Part shown: piece by piece, positions 8,549 to 21,675 of the stretch
Layout of the letters: every line of letters starts with the position of its first letter
How positions within the stretch are numbered: the first letter of the stretch is position 1
From: an uncultured Coriobacteriaceae bacterium
GTDB taxonomy: Bacteria > Actinomycetota > Coriobacteriia > Coriobacteriales > UMGS124
Reading direction: 5' to 3'
Length of the DNA: 51,029 nucleotides
Assembly (NCBI GenBank): GCA_964619775.1
Contig: CAZUFB010000004.1
Location: 2,225-53,253, forward strand
Made by a program: the position numbers and the translations under genes
The notes under the pieces: generated by a model
The model's database searches: none
What the model was told of the DNA's origin: nothing
What the model saw: the letters and a program-made list of their open reading frames with translations, nothing else

Positions 8549-9859
8549 ATGGACACCTTTAACCCGGGCGCACGAGCGCCCAGCCCGCACAAAGCCGCCG
8601 ACCCCGGTGCCGCCCTCCCTGAGGAGACCTGGAGCGGACGCGCCGTGGGGCTGCTCGACCTCGACGCGTTCTTCGCCTCGGTGGAGCAGCTCGACCACCC
8701 CGCGTGGCGCGGCAGGCCGGTTATCGTGGGCGGCGACGCCGACAAGCGCGGCGTCGTCTCGACCGCCTCCTACGAGGCGCGCGCCTACGGCGTGCGCTCG
8801 GCGATGCCATCGGCCCAGGCGCGGCGCCTGTGCCCCGACGCGATCTGGGCACCGCCGCGCCACGAACGCTACCGCGAGGTATCGCGCCAGGTGATGGCCT
8901 CCATCGGCGAAGAGACGCCCTATGTGGAGCCGGTCTCCGTCGACGAGGCCTTCTTCGACGTGACGCCGGGACGCTTCTCGCGCGACGACCCCGTCGCCGT
9001 GTGCCGCCGCATCGCCGACAGGGTCTCCGCGCTGGGGATTACCTGCTCGATGGGCCTGTCGACGAGCAAGACCGTCAGCAAGATAGCAAGCGAGCGCAAC
9101 AAGCCCAACGGCCTCACCGTGGTCTACCCCGGCACCGAGGAGGCGTTTCTGGCGCCGCTGTCGGTGCGCGCGCTCAGCGGCGTGGGGCCGCGCACCTGCC
9201 AGGTGCTCGAGAAGCTCGGCATCCGCACGCTCGGGCAGCTCGCCTGTGCCGACACCGCCGCGCTCGAGGCCCGCCTGGGGGTCTTGGGGCCGCGCCTTGC
9301 GGCACGCGCCGCAGGCAACGACCCCTCCCCCGTCGCCGAACTCGCGGCTCCCGAGGAGGCGAAGTCTGTGTCGAGCGAGCGCACGTTCGCCCGCGACCTC
9401 GCAGACCGCGGCGAAGTGGTGTCGGCGGTGCGCTACATCGCGACGCTTACCGCGCGGCGGCTGCGCGCCAAAGGGCTGCGCGGACGCACCGTGACGCTCA
9501 AGTGCGCCTACCGGGTCGGCGAGGCGCGCAGCGTGCGCGCGACGCTGTCCCACCGCACAGACGACGACCGCGAGATCGCCGAAGCCGCCCTGGGGATGCT
9601 CGACCGCGTGTGGGCCGAGGGGACGCCGGTACGCCTGCTGGGCATCGGGGTGGAAGGCTGGGACGAGCGTCCCGAGCAGCTCGGCCTGTTCGAAGACGAG
9701 GAGGCCGAGCGGGAGGGGCGCGCGGCGCGCGGGCGGCTCGACCGCGCCACCGACCTGCTACGCGAGCGCTTTGGGTCGGCGGCCGCGATGTACGGAAGCG
9801 AGCTGCGCTTCAAAGACGGCGTGTCGAAGACCCCGCCGACGCGCCATGACGGCGCGTGA
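8549..9859 (+). CDS. dinB: DNA polymerase IV (Y-family)
   Basis: LLDLDAFFASVEQLDHP..GRPVIVGG and SIDEAF-type motifs of DinB; 436 aa. Confidence 0.9.
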   Translation: MDTFNPGARAPSPHKAADPGAALPEETWSGRAVGLLDLDAFFASVEQLDHPAWRGRPVIVGGDADKRGVVSTASYEARAYGVRSAMPSAQARRLCPDAIWAPPRHERYREVSRQVMASIGEETPYVEPVSVDEAFFDVTPGRFSRDDPVAVCRRIADRVSALGITCSMGLSTSKTVSKIASERNKPNGLTVVYPGTEEAFLAPLSVRALSGVGPRTCQVLEKLGIRTLGQLACADTAALEARLGVLGPRLAARAAGNDPSPVAELAAPEEAKSVSSERTFARDLADRGEVVSAVRYIATLTARRLRAKGLRGRTVTLKCAYRVGEARSVRATLSHRTDDDREIAEAALGMLDRVWAEGTPVRLLGIGVEGWDERPEQLGLFEDEEAEREGRAARGRLDRATDLLRERFGSAAAMYGSELRFKDGVSKTPPTRHDGA

Positions 9860-9912
9860 GGGGTCGGCACAAGGGAAAGCCTGGCCGCCCCGAAACCCTC
9901 GGGCGGTACGCG

Positions 9913-9970
9913 CGAAGAACGGCAAAGGGGCGACGGCCCTCCCGGAAAACCCGGGCAGGGTCGCCGCCCC
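9913..9970 (-). terminator. intrinsic terminator downstream of rsfS (also closes convergent dinB)
   Basis: Imperfect long GC hairpin at 9927-9970 with inner CCCGG-aaaac-CCGGG. On the minus strand it is followed by TTTGCCGTTCTTCG. Confidence 0.45.
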
Positions 9971-10034
9971 TCACATCGGGCCGACCGTGCGAACCGGCGC
10001 CCCGCAACGGGCAGGGCAGTCTTCCGCCTTGCGC

Positions 10035-10508
10035 CTACTCCTCCTCGATAAGCTCCTCGGCGGCTGCCAGCGCCGCGTCGAGCGCGTCGCGGTCTGCGTT
10101 TTCGGAGTCGGCGCTCTGGCGGTCGGGAATCACCGTGAACCCATCGACGATGCGGCCGTCTTCATACTCGATGCGCGGGGCGTCGCCCCACAGACGCTCA
10201 AGACGGTAGAAGGCACGCGCCGCGGGCTGGAACACGTGGACGATGACCGGGCCGAAGTCCATGAGGTCCCACGTGTTCCGCTCCTCGCCCTCGCGCCCCT
10301 CGATGGCGTAGGCGTGGATGCCCACCGGACGCAGGCGGTTCTCGATCTCGTCGACGATGGCGTCGACCATGCGGTTGTTGTCGCCGGTGGCGATGACAAA
10401 GAACTCGGTGATGTCGGAGATGCCGCGCAGGTCGAGGATCGCGATGTCGTGACCCTTGCGGTCGTCGATGATACGGGCTATTTCGAAGGCAAGGTCCTTG
10501 GGTTCCAC
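10035..10508 (-). CDS. rsfS: ribosomal silencing factor RsfS (iojap-like)
   Basis: ...DDRKGHDIAILDLRGISDITEFFVIATG.. and WDLMDFG.VIVHVF motifs. GTG at 10508 follows AAGGAG. The longer track ORF (to 11072) is Arg-rich antisense/out-of-frame read-through. Confidence 0.85.
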   Translation of the reverse strand: MEPKDLAFEIARIIDDRKGHDIAILDLRGISDITEFFVIATGDNNRMVDAIVDEIENRLRPVGIHAYAIEGREGEERNTWDLMDFGPVIVHVFQPAARAFYRLERLWGDAPRIEYEDGRIVDGFTVIPDRQSADSENADRDALDAALAAAEELIEEE

Positions 10509-10684
10509 GTAAATACGCTCCTTACAGGCAGTGCGCGGGCGCAACGCGCCCGAAACGGTCGAAAAAACGGTCGAAGCACGCAGGCAGGGCGTCGTCGGCG
10601 GACGGCGCGGCGGCATCATAGCAGGCCGATGCGGCGAGGTCGTGAACGCGGTGGGAAACCTCAGGGCCTGCGCATTTTCCCGCC

Positions 10685-11542
10685 CTACGCGGGCAGCTCG
10701 CCGCACCAGGCGTTCCACGCCTCGATGGCGCCGGGGTGCAGGTAGCGCCCCGTCTCGAGCACGTAAAGGATGCTCTGGCGCAGGCACGCCGCGTAGACCC
10801 CCTCGAGCGGGGCGCCGCCCACGAGGGCGCGCAGCGCGGCGACGTGGTCGCCGGCGCGGGTGGGCTCGACCATGTCGGCCACAAAGAGCACCATGTCGAG
10901 CCCCGTCATGTCGACGGCGCCCACCGTGTGGCGCCCCACCGCGCGGAAGACCTCGGGGGGGAGCTCGGGAAAGGTGAGCGGCAACGACGCGGCGGCCGTC
11001 CAGGAGTGCAGCAAGGGTGCGAGGCGGTCGTCGTGGGGCACCGCGATGCCGAACGCGTCCACCTTTGCCCACAGCTTGTCAAGCGTCAGATGCTTGTCCC
11101 AGTCGTGCAGAAGGCCCGCCGCCTGCGCCGCGAAGGGGTCGACCCCGTAGCGAGCGGCGAGCGCCCCGCACGTCAGCGCGACACCGTGGACGTGCTCCAG
11201 CCGCCGCCCCGAAAGGCGCGCGTCGACCGCCGCCCCGATGCGGTCGAGCGTGCGACACTGGTCGGGCGGGCACGCCCCCCACGAACCCGGCCTCGCCGGG
11301 CGCTGCGGCGTGCCGGGCGCGATCTCGGGAAAGCGCAGCGACACGCCCGACGCAGGGCGTGCGGGGCGTGCGGCCGGCGCTTCTCCCGCGGCCTTTGCAG
11401 CGGCCTTGCCGTCTTTCGGCTGTTTGGCGGCCTTGCCGCCGTCCTTGCCCGCCTTCTCGGGCTTCCCGGGCTTGTCGGCCGCCCGGTCGGCCTTCTCCTC
11501 GCGGCGCTCGCGCTCCCTGTCTTCGCCTTTGCCCTTGCCCAT
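10685..11542 (-). CDS. yqeK: HD-domain hydrolase YqeK (bis(5'-nucleosyl)-tetraphosphatase type) with Lys/Glu-rich N-terminal extension
   Basis: RLEHVHGVA...GLLHDWDK HD motif in the canonical nadD-yqeK-rsfS position. ATG at 11542 lies 6 nt after GGAGG. The first ~95 aa are a low-complexity K/E/A/P tract. Confidence 0.75.
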   Translation of the reverse strand: MGKGKGEDRERERREEKADRAADKPGKPEKAGKDGGKAAKQPKDGKAAAKAAGEAPAARPARPASGVSLRFPEIAPGTPQRPARPGSWGACPPDQCRTLDRIGAAVDARLSGRRLEHVHGVALTCGALAARYGVDPFAAQAAGLLHDWDKHLTLDKLWAKVDAFGIAVPHDDRLAPLLHSWTAAASLPLTFPELPPEVFRAVGRHTVGAVDMTGLDMVLFVADMVEPTRAGDHVAALRALVGGAPLEGVYAACLRQSILYVLETGRYLHPGAIEAWNAWCGELPA

Positions 11543-11622
11543 GCAAAACCTCCGCACCCGCCGTCCGCGCGGCCCCGCAGCCGCCCACGGCACGTCGTGG
11601 AACCCGTCGCACCTTTCCCATC

Positions 11623-12297
11623 CTACCCCGCGGGGCGCGCGCCGTACAGCCCGCGCGCACGGATGCGTCGCTCGACCGCCGGGTCGAGCAGCCCGCCGAG
11701 CGGCCGCCCCGCGCGCAGGAGGGCACGCACCTCGGTGGAGGAGGCCTCCGGCACCTCCGTGCGCAGCAGCGCCACCTCAAAGCCCGCCTGCCGGACGCGT
11801 CGGGCGGTCTCGTGCGGAGGCATGCAGCCCGCCCGGGGGGCGCAGGCAATCCGGGCGAGGCGGGCGAGGTCGGCTGCGCGGTGCCAGACGGGCAGCGTCT
11901 CGAACGCGTCGGCCCCCACGACGAACACGAGCCGCACCGTATCGGGAAGCTCCCCCCGCAGGCCGGCAAGCGTGTCGACCGTGTAGGTGACGCCGGGCCG
12001 CTCCACCTCGCGGGCGCTCGCGGCGCTGCGCGGCAGGCCTGCGACCGCAAGCTCCACGAGGGCGAGCCGCTCGCGGGCGGGGGCGACCTCGCGGTCGCGC
12101 TTGAACGACGGGACGCCCGCCGGGACGTAGAGCACCCCGTCGAGCCCAAGCTCGGTGCGCGCCGCCTCGCCCAGGGCGGTGTGACCGCGGTGGACGGGAT
12201 CGAACGTGCCGCCCACGACGCCAAGCGCGCACGTCCGGCCCCCGGCGGCGCGGGCGCACACCAAATCGAGCAGGGCCCTTTCGGCCGCGGCGGGCAC
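11623..12297 (-). CDS. nadD: nicotinate-nucleotide adenylyltransferase
   Basis: GVVGGTFDPVHRGHTAL (the (T/H)xGH nucleotidyltransferase motif); 224 aa. Confidence 0.9.
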   Translation of the reverse strand: MPAAAERALLDLVCARAAGGRTCALGVVGGTFDPVHRGHTALGEAARTELGLDGVLYVPAGVPSFKRDREVAPARERLALVELAVAGLPRSAASAREVERPGVTYTVDTLAGLRGELPDTVRLVFVVGADAFETLPVWHRAADLARLARIACAPRAGCMPPHETARRVRQAGFEVALLRTEVPEASSTEVRALLRAGRPLGGLLDPAVERRIRARGLYGARPAG

Positions 12298-12300
12298 GGC

Positions 12301-13563
12301 CTACCTCGTCTGCCCGGCGCCGCGGCAGAGGTATTTCGTCGTGACGAGCGCTCCGGCGCCCATCGGGCCGCGCGCGTGGAGCTTCTGGGTGCTGATGCCG
12401 ATCTCGGCGCCCAGGCCGAACATCCCGCCGTCGGTGAAACGCGTCGAGGCGTTGACGTAGACCGCCGCGGCGTCGACCTTGGCGAGGAACAGCTCGGCGG
12501 CGGCGTAGTCCTGCGTGACGATGCACTCGGAGTGGCGCGTGCCGTAGCGGTTGATGTGGTCGATCGCCTCCTCCACGCCTCCCACCGCGCGCATGCTCAG
12601 CTCGAGCGCAAGGTACTCCCGGCCCCAGTCGTCCTCCTCGGCCCTCACCGTGCAGCCCGCGTGCCCGGAGGCCCGGGCGACACGCTCGACGAGCGGGTCG
12701 GCGTGCACCGTCACCCCGGCCGCAGCCAGCTCGTCGAGCAAACCGGGCACGAAGGCGTCGGTGACGGAGGCGTCCACGAGCACCGACTCGCAGGCGTTGC
12801 ACACCCCGGGCCGTTGCGTCTTGGCGTTCATGACGATGGCGCGCGCCATGGCGAAGTCGGCCCGCTCGTGCACGTAGACGTGGCAGTTGCCCACGCCGGT
12901 CTGGATGACGGGCACGCGGGCGTTCTCCACGCACGAGCGGATGAGCTCGGTGCCGCCGCGCGGGATGAGCACGTCCACGAGGTCGGTGAGCCCCATCAGC
13001 TCGTCGACGACCTCGTGGCCGCCGCCCTCGAGCAGGCACACCGCGTCGGGCGGCAGCCCCGCGGCCGCAAGGCCCGCGGTCAGCGCCTCGGCGACGGCGG
13101 CGTTGGAGCCGCGCGCCATCGAGCCGCCGCGCAGCACGCAGGCGTTACCCGCCTTGAGGCACAGGCCCGCGGCGTCGGAGGTGACGTTGGGGCGCGCCTC
13201 GTAGACCATCGCCACCACACCGAGCGGCACCGTGACGCGCTCGACGCGCAGGCCGCCCGCCGCGCACGACCCGTCCAGCACGCGCCCGAGCGGGTCGGGC
13301 TGCGCGGCGATCTGCTCGAGGCCGCACGCCATGCCCTCGACGCGCGCCGCGTCGAGGGCCAGCCGGTCGACGAGCGCCTCGGAGACGCCAGCCTGCCGCG
13401 CGCGCGCGACGTCGTCGCCGTTGGCGGCCAACACCCGGTCGCACCGCGCGCGCAGCGCCCCGGCCATCGCCCGCAACCCCGCGTCGCGCAGCGCGGCGCC
13501 GGTCCCCGCCAGCTCGCGCGCCGCCACGGCGGCGCGGGTCGCCTTGATGCGTGCCTCGCCCAT
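12301..13563 (-). CDS. proA: gamma-glutamyl phosphate reductase
   Basis: Aldehyde-dehydrogenase-like protein with ..NACESVLV.. (catalytic Cys) and ..STQKLHARGPMG.. near the C-terminus. The start is ambiguous among 13563, 13572 and 13626. Confidence 0.9.
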   Translation of the reverse strand: MGEARIKATRAAVAARELAGTGAALRDAGLRAMAGALRARCDRVLAANGDDVARARQAGVSEALVDRLALDAARVEGMACGLEQIAAQPDPLGRVLDGSCAAGGLRVERVTVPLGVVAMVYEARPNVTSDAAGLCLKAGNACVLRGGSMARGSNAAVAEALTAGLAAAGLPPDAVCLLEGGGHEVVDELMGLTDLVDVLIPRGGTELIRSCVENARVPVIQTGVGNCHVYVHERADFAMARAIVMNAKTQRPGVCNACESVLVDASVTDAFVPGLLDELAAAGVTVHADPLVERVARASGHAGCTVRAEEDDWGREYLALELSMRAVGGVEEAIDHINRYGTRHSECIVTQDYAAAELFLAKVDAAAVYVNASTRFTDGGMFGLGAEIGISTQKLHARGPMGAGALVTTKYLCRGAGQTR

Positions 13564-13627
13564 GGCGTCCATCCCCTTTCGCACGGGACGCACGGCCCCG
13601 CGGTCGGCAACGTCCTGCAAACACACC

Positions 13628-16250
<2,623 letters not shown>

Positions 16251-16514
16251 CTACTCGGCCGCCTCTTCCAGCGGGATGATGTTGGCGCGACGCTTGACGC
16301 CCTTGGTGAACTTCACCGTGCCGTCGCACAGCGCGAACAGGGTGTCGTCCTTGCCCTTGCCGACGTTCTGGCCGGGGTGGAACTTCGTGCCGCGCTGGCG
16401 CACCAGGATGGTGCCGGCGGTCACGACCTGGCCGTCGAAACGCTTGCAGCCAAGGCGCTTACCGATGGAGTCACGACCGTTGCGGGACGTACCCGTACCC
16501 TTTTTATGTGCCAT
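16251..16514 (-). CDS. rpmA: 50S ribosomal protein L27
   Basis: [16 protein letters not shown]... There is no N-terminal pro-peptide, consistent with the absence of a Prp/ysxB gene between rplU and rpmA. Confidence 0.95.
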   Translation of the reverse strand: MAHKKGTGTSRNGRDSIGKRLGCKRFDGQVVTAGTILVRQRGTKFHPGQNVGKGKDDTLFALCDGTVKFTKGVKRRANIIPLEEAAE

Positions 16515-16547
16515 GAGAACGCTCCCTACGTGAAAACTCGATCAGAC

Positions 16548-16859
16548 CTACTCGGCAACCTTGGTGATGCGCACCTTCGTCAGGTACTGACGGTGGCCGC
16601 GCGTGCGACGATAGCGCTTACGACGGCGGAACTTGAAGACGATGACCTTCTTGTCGCGGTACTGCTTAAGGACCTCGCCCTCGACGCTGACCTTGGCAAG
16701 AGCCTCGGGGTCGGTGACGGCCTTCTTGCCGTCGTTGAGGAACAGCACCTCGTTGAAGGTGACGGTCTGGCCTTCCTCGGCCTCGAGCTTCTCGATATCG
16801 ATGATATCGCCCTCGGCGACCTTGTACTGCTTACCACCCGTGGAAACGATTGCGTACAT
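16548..16859 (-). CDS. rplU: 50S ribosomal protein L21
   Basis: MYAIVSTGGKQYKVAEGD... Confidence 0.95.
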   Translation of the reverse strand: MYAIVSTGGKQYKVAEGDIIDIEKLEAEEGQTVTFNEVLFLNDGKKAVTDPEALAKVSVEGEVLKQYRDKKVIVFKFRRRKRYRRTRGHRQYLTKVRITKVAE

Positions 16860-16897
16860 GTGTTAGTACCTTCCGGCTCGCGACAAATGCAAGACAC

Positions 16898-16927
16898 AAC
16901 ATTAGCACCGTGCACCGCGCCTCGTCA
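16898..16927 (-). promoter_or_regulatory. candidate sigma-70-type promoter for rplU-rpmA
   Basis: On the minus strand: TTGACG (16922-16927), an 18-nt spacer, then TAATGT (16898-16903) preceded by TGc. This leaves a ~35-nt leader before the rplU ATG. Confidence 0.4.
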
Positions 16928-17028
16928 ACGGGGAACGTGTCGACGAAACACGGCTGAACGGCCAGACAACATACAATCTGCGCATGCCCTCTGGACAGCG
17001 CCCCGTGCTAAGAAGGGGTGCGGGCACG

Positions 17029-18021
17029 TCAGCCTATAGTACGCCCGTTGCGCTCCACAAGGACTATCGACAGCCCCGCGTCACCGGAAATGCGCGTTTC
17101 GCCCATCCCGAGGCGCTCCGACATGTCGTCGACCAGATCTTCGAAACGGTCGAGCGGCATACCCGGCATGAAGCCCACGGCCACCACGCCCGCGACGTCG
17201 TACTCGGCAAGCGCCTCGCTCACCGCGGCGGCCGCCTCGCCGTTGACGAGGGCCACGAGCCGGTCGCGCCCCTCGGTCCGCGCGCCACCGGGACGCACCG
17301 CGACCGTCCACATGGCCTCGGTGCGCTCGAAGACGATCTCGCCACCGCACGACAGCGCGATGCGCCGGCCGTCGAGCGCCGCCGCAGAGGAGGCGGCCGC
17401 CGGGCCGGCCGTGGCGATGGAGGCGTCGCCGTCGGCGTCGGGGCGCTCGGCCATGAGCAGCGCGGGGGCCTGGTCGGCGCGGACCAGGACGGTGAAGGCG
17501 GCCGCCTCGGTGACCTGCACCACCACGGCCGAGAGCACCTGCTCCCACGGGGTCTTGTCGGCCGCCGTGCGCAGGATGAGCATCACCGGGCCGCAGACCA
17601 CGTCGAGCATCGACGGCAGCCCGCACGACTCGTCGGCCAGCGCCCGCTCCATCTGCGTCGCAAGCTCGGCGCGGCGCATGCTCGGCACGCGCTTGGACAC
17701 GAACACCTCGGGGACGGCCGGCACCTCGGGCCCGGTGAGGGCGGTGCCGTCGAGCACCAGCACGCTCGTGCGGCCCGAGAACTCGATGCTCACCGAGGCC
17801 CGCGCGAGTTTCTTTCCGTGCTGCGCGGAGACGACCTGGGCGCACACGCACGCACCGGGCACGAGCTTGGCCACCGTGGTGCCCGCAAGGCCCGCGAGCG
17901 GCACCACCAAGGTACCGTAGGCGCCCGCGTTCAGAAAGCAGGCGTCAAGCGAAGCGTCGACGCGGTCGACGAGGCCGCGGACGATGTCGCCGGGAGATAG
18001 CGTCAGATCGGGCGCACCCAT
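17029..18021 (-). CDS. RNase E/G-family homologue, truncated and apparently catalytically degenerate
   Basis: S1-like GDIVRGLVDRVDASLDACFLNAG, ..AQVVSAQHGKKLARASVSIEFSGRTSVLV.. and GGEIVFERTEAMWTVAVRPGG align to RNase G/E blocks recalled from E. coli. It has only 330 aa and no Zn-link or small domain. Canonical position upstream of rplU. Confidence 0.7.
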   Translation of the reverse strand: MGAPDLTLSPGDIVRGLVDRVDASLDACFLNAGAYGTLVVPLAGLAGTTVAKLVPGACVCAQVVSAQHGKKLARASVSIEFSGRTSVLVLDGTALTGPEVPAVPEVFVSKRVPSMRRAELATQMERALADESCGLPSMLDVVCGPVMLILRTAADKTPWEQVLSAVVVQVTEAAAFTVLVRADQAPALLMAERPDADGDASIATAGPAAASSAAALDGRRIALSCGGEIVFERTEAMWTVAVRPGGARTEGRDRLVALVNGEAAAAVSEALAEYDVAGVVAVGFMPGMPLDRFEDLVDDMSERLGMGETRISGDAGLSIVLVERNGRTIG

Positions 18022-18789
18022 GAGCCGTCCTTCCCTTCAAGGTACTGAGCGGCGCGCACGACGGACGTGCGCAGACAATGTTTGCATGATACGACGGATA
18101 CCCCGCCGCAGAGCGGGGCCTCCGAGCGGGCGGCGCACGATTCGGCGAGCTGCACCGCAACGGCGCCCATGAGGACGTCGGGGCGCAGCGCGCCGGCGTT
18201 GGACGAGCGCGTCGTGAAGCGCGCGAAAGCCCCGGGCGCGCCGCCGGACAGCGGGGACACCTCGGGCCCGCGGGCAACCTTGCCCGCAAGCGCCACGGTG
18301 CGCGGCTTGCCGTCGCGCAGATACGAGATCTCGCCGCGCGCCAGCACGGCCGCGAAAGCGGCCTCCACGTCGGCGGGGCGCAGGCGCGAGAAAGGGGTTC
18401 CGGCCGCACCGGGCTGCGGGCCGAGCTCGACCTCCCAGCTCGACAACGTCAGCACCGCCGACAGCGACGGACCGTGCACCTCGACGTAGGCCGCCTCCTG
18501 CGGCTCGAGGTCGGGCGGGGCGGCCCTGCGCAGGGCGGCGAGGTACTCTCCCGCCGGTCGGTAGGCGCGCAGCCACAGGTCGAACCATTCGTCCCGCGAC
18601 GCGACGCCCACGGGCAGCGCGGGGCCGTAGGCGGCTTTCATGCGCGGCGAGAAGCCCTGCGTCACCGCGTAAGGCAGCCCCGCGCGGCGCACGGCGCGCT
18701 CCACGGCGCGCAGCAGCTCGAGATGAGACAGGTAGCGCAACCGTCCCGTCTCGACGTAGCGCACCCGCAGGCAGAAGAGCGGCTCGTTC

Positions 18790-18800
<11 letters not shown>
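18003..18800 (-). CDS. radical-SAM-associated protein, DUF2344 / TIGR03936-like
   Basis: LRVRYVETGRLRYLSHLELLRAVERAVRRAGLPYAVTQGFSPRMK matches my recollection of the DUF2344 N-terminal signature. It overlaps the radical SAM stop by 11 nt and the downstream gene start by 19 nt. Confidence 0.75.
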
Positions 18801-20675
<1,875 letters not shown>

Positions 20676-20679
<4 letters not shown>

Positions 20680-21584
20680 GGGCGCGACACCTCCCCTTCG
20701 ACCCCGACCGTCTCCACAGTCAGGGGAACGACCGGGAGCGACCCCGCGTCGCGCCAGGCAGCGCGGGCCTCGAACGACGCCATGAGCGCACGGCCCAGGG
20801 CGTAGGTGCCCGCCGCCGCGACGCCGGCCCGCACGAGCGGCGCCGGCAGCGGGAGCGCTCGGCAGGCAGCCCGCGAGCAACCGCGCAGCGCGAAGGACGC
20901 CGCGGCGATCGCCGCGCCCTCGCCCAGGCGCGACCAGTCGAGCGGCAGGCCGTAGGCGTCGGCCATCTTGAGCATCATCGCGACCTCCGCCGCAAGCATG
21001 GCGGGCAGGTCCGCCCCGTCGAAGAGGGGCAGCGCCGCAATCAGGGCGTTGCCGCGAGCCGCCTCGCGCGCCAGGGCGCGCCCCCGGGCAGCCCGGCAGC
21101 ACGGGAACCCCGCGGCCAGGGCGCCGCCGGCGTCGGGCAGGGCGGCGACGAGCCAGTCCCCCAGGGCGCGCGGCGCGCCGGCGGCGTCGCACACAAGCAC
21201 CGCCGCCCCGTCGTCGGCGGCGCCCAGCAGGGTCGCGAGCACGTCGGGGCCTGCCTCCGCGGGCACCAAGACGCAGCAGGGCACGCCGGCGGCCGCATAG
21301 GCGCGTGCCAGCGCGGCGGCGCGCGCCCCGTCCGACCCCGCGAGCACTGCGGCGGCGTCGGCGAGGCAGTTCACGGCCGGCGTCCCCCGGCGGGCGCCGA
21401 AGCCGGCGACGTAGAGCCGCGCCCCGGCGGTCTGGGGGCGCAGCGCGGCGCGCACGGCACGCGCGAAGGCGGCGCCGGCGTCCTCGGCGACCATGACTGC
21501 CAGACGCACCTCCCCCGCGCCGGCCTCCGCAGCCTGCCGGCGGGCGGAGAACGCTTTGACGAACTGGTCGAGCGGTATCCTCAC
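20676..21584 (-). CDS. Ala-rich hypothetical protein (possible degenerate nucleotide-binding fold plus DUF697-like C-terminus)
   Basis: ~302 aa with strongly G/C-biased third codon positions by eye. GTG at 21584 lies after AAGGGGG. The C-terminal LPAMLAAEVAMMLKMADAYGLPLDW...AAAGTYALGRAL resembles DUF697 as I recall it. Its stop overlaps the radical SAM start. Confidence 0.5.
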
Positions 21585-21675
21585 GATGGGTCGAACCCCC
21601 TTGTCGAAAACGTCGGGGCGAGGCGGTAGGCGCACGGCCAGGCCAGGCCGGACGGCCGTCCCCCGGATGCGGGCG

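Noticed and set aside
10560-10590. Direct repeat TCGACCGTTT x2 (minus strand) upstream of rsfS.
   Set aside because: It is only ~10 nt with two copies and no other occurrence in the window. It cannot be distinguished from chance.
10619-10687. Possible short (69-nt) degenerate member of the TA-flanked repeat family after the yqeK stop (revcomp TAGGGCGG...ATCGGCCTGCTA). Similar hints appear at 11543-11625, 48693-48840, 28296-28347 and 1-50.
   Set aside because: Similarity is limited to 8-12-nt patches near the ends. Because 21 of 31 TAG stops are followed by G, TAGG-type matches are expected by context alone. These regions need a statistical family model before being called.
10509-11072. Long N-terminal extensions of track ORFs: rsfS to 11072, glf to 44902, ndk to 28693, the radical SAM gene to 21192, rodA to 23058, trmD to 4928, rpsP to 6085, and the RR from 5999.
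   Set aside because: The extensions overlap the neighbouring conserved gene, are Arg-rich, and lack homology. In each case an internal ATG/GTG/TTG with a good Shine-Dalgarno aligns with the family N-terminus.
16860-17028. A structured L21 ribosomal-protein leader upstream of rplU.
   Set aside because: A good -35/-10 pair sits ~35-60 nt upstream of the ATG, leaving only a short leader. I could not find a conserved fold or recall a matching motif.
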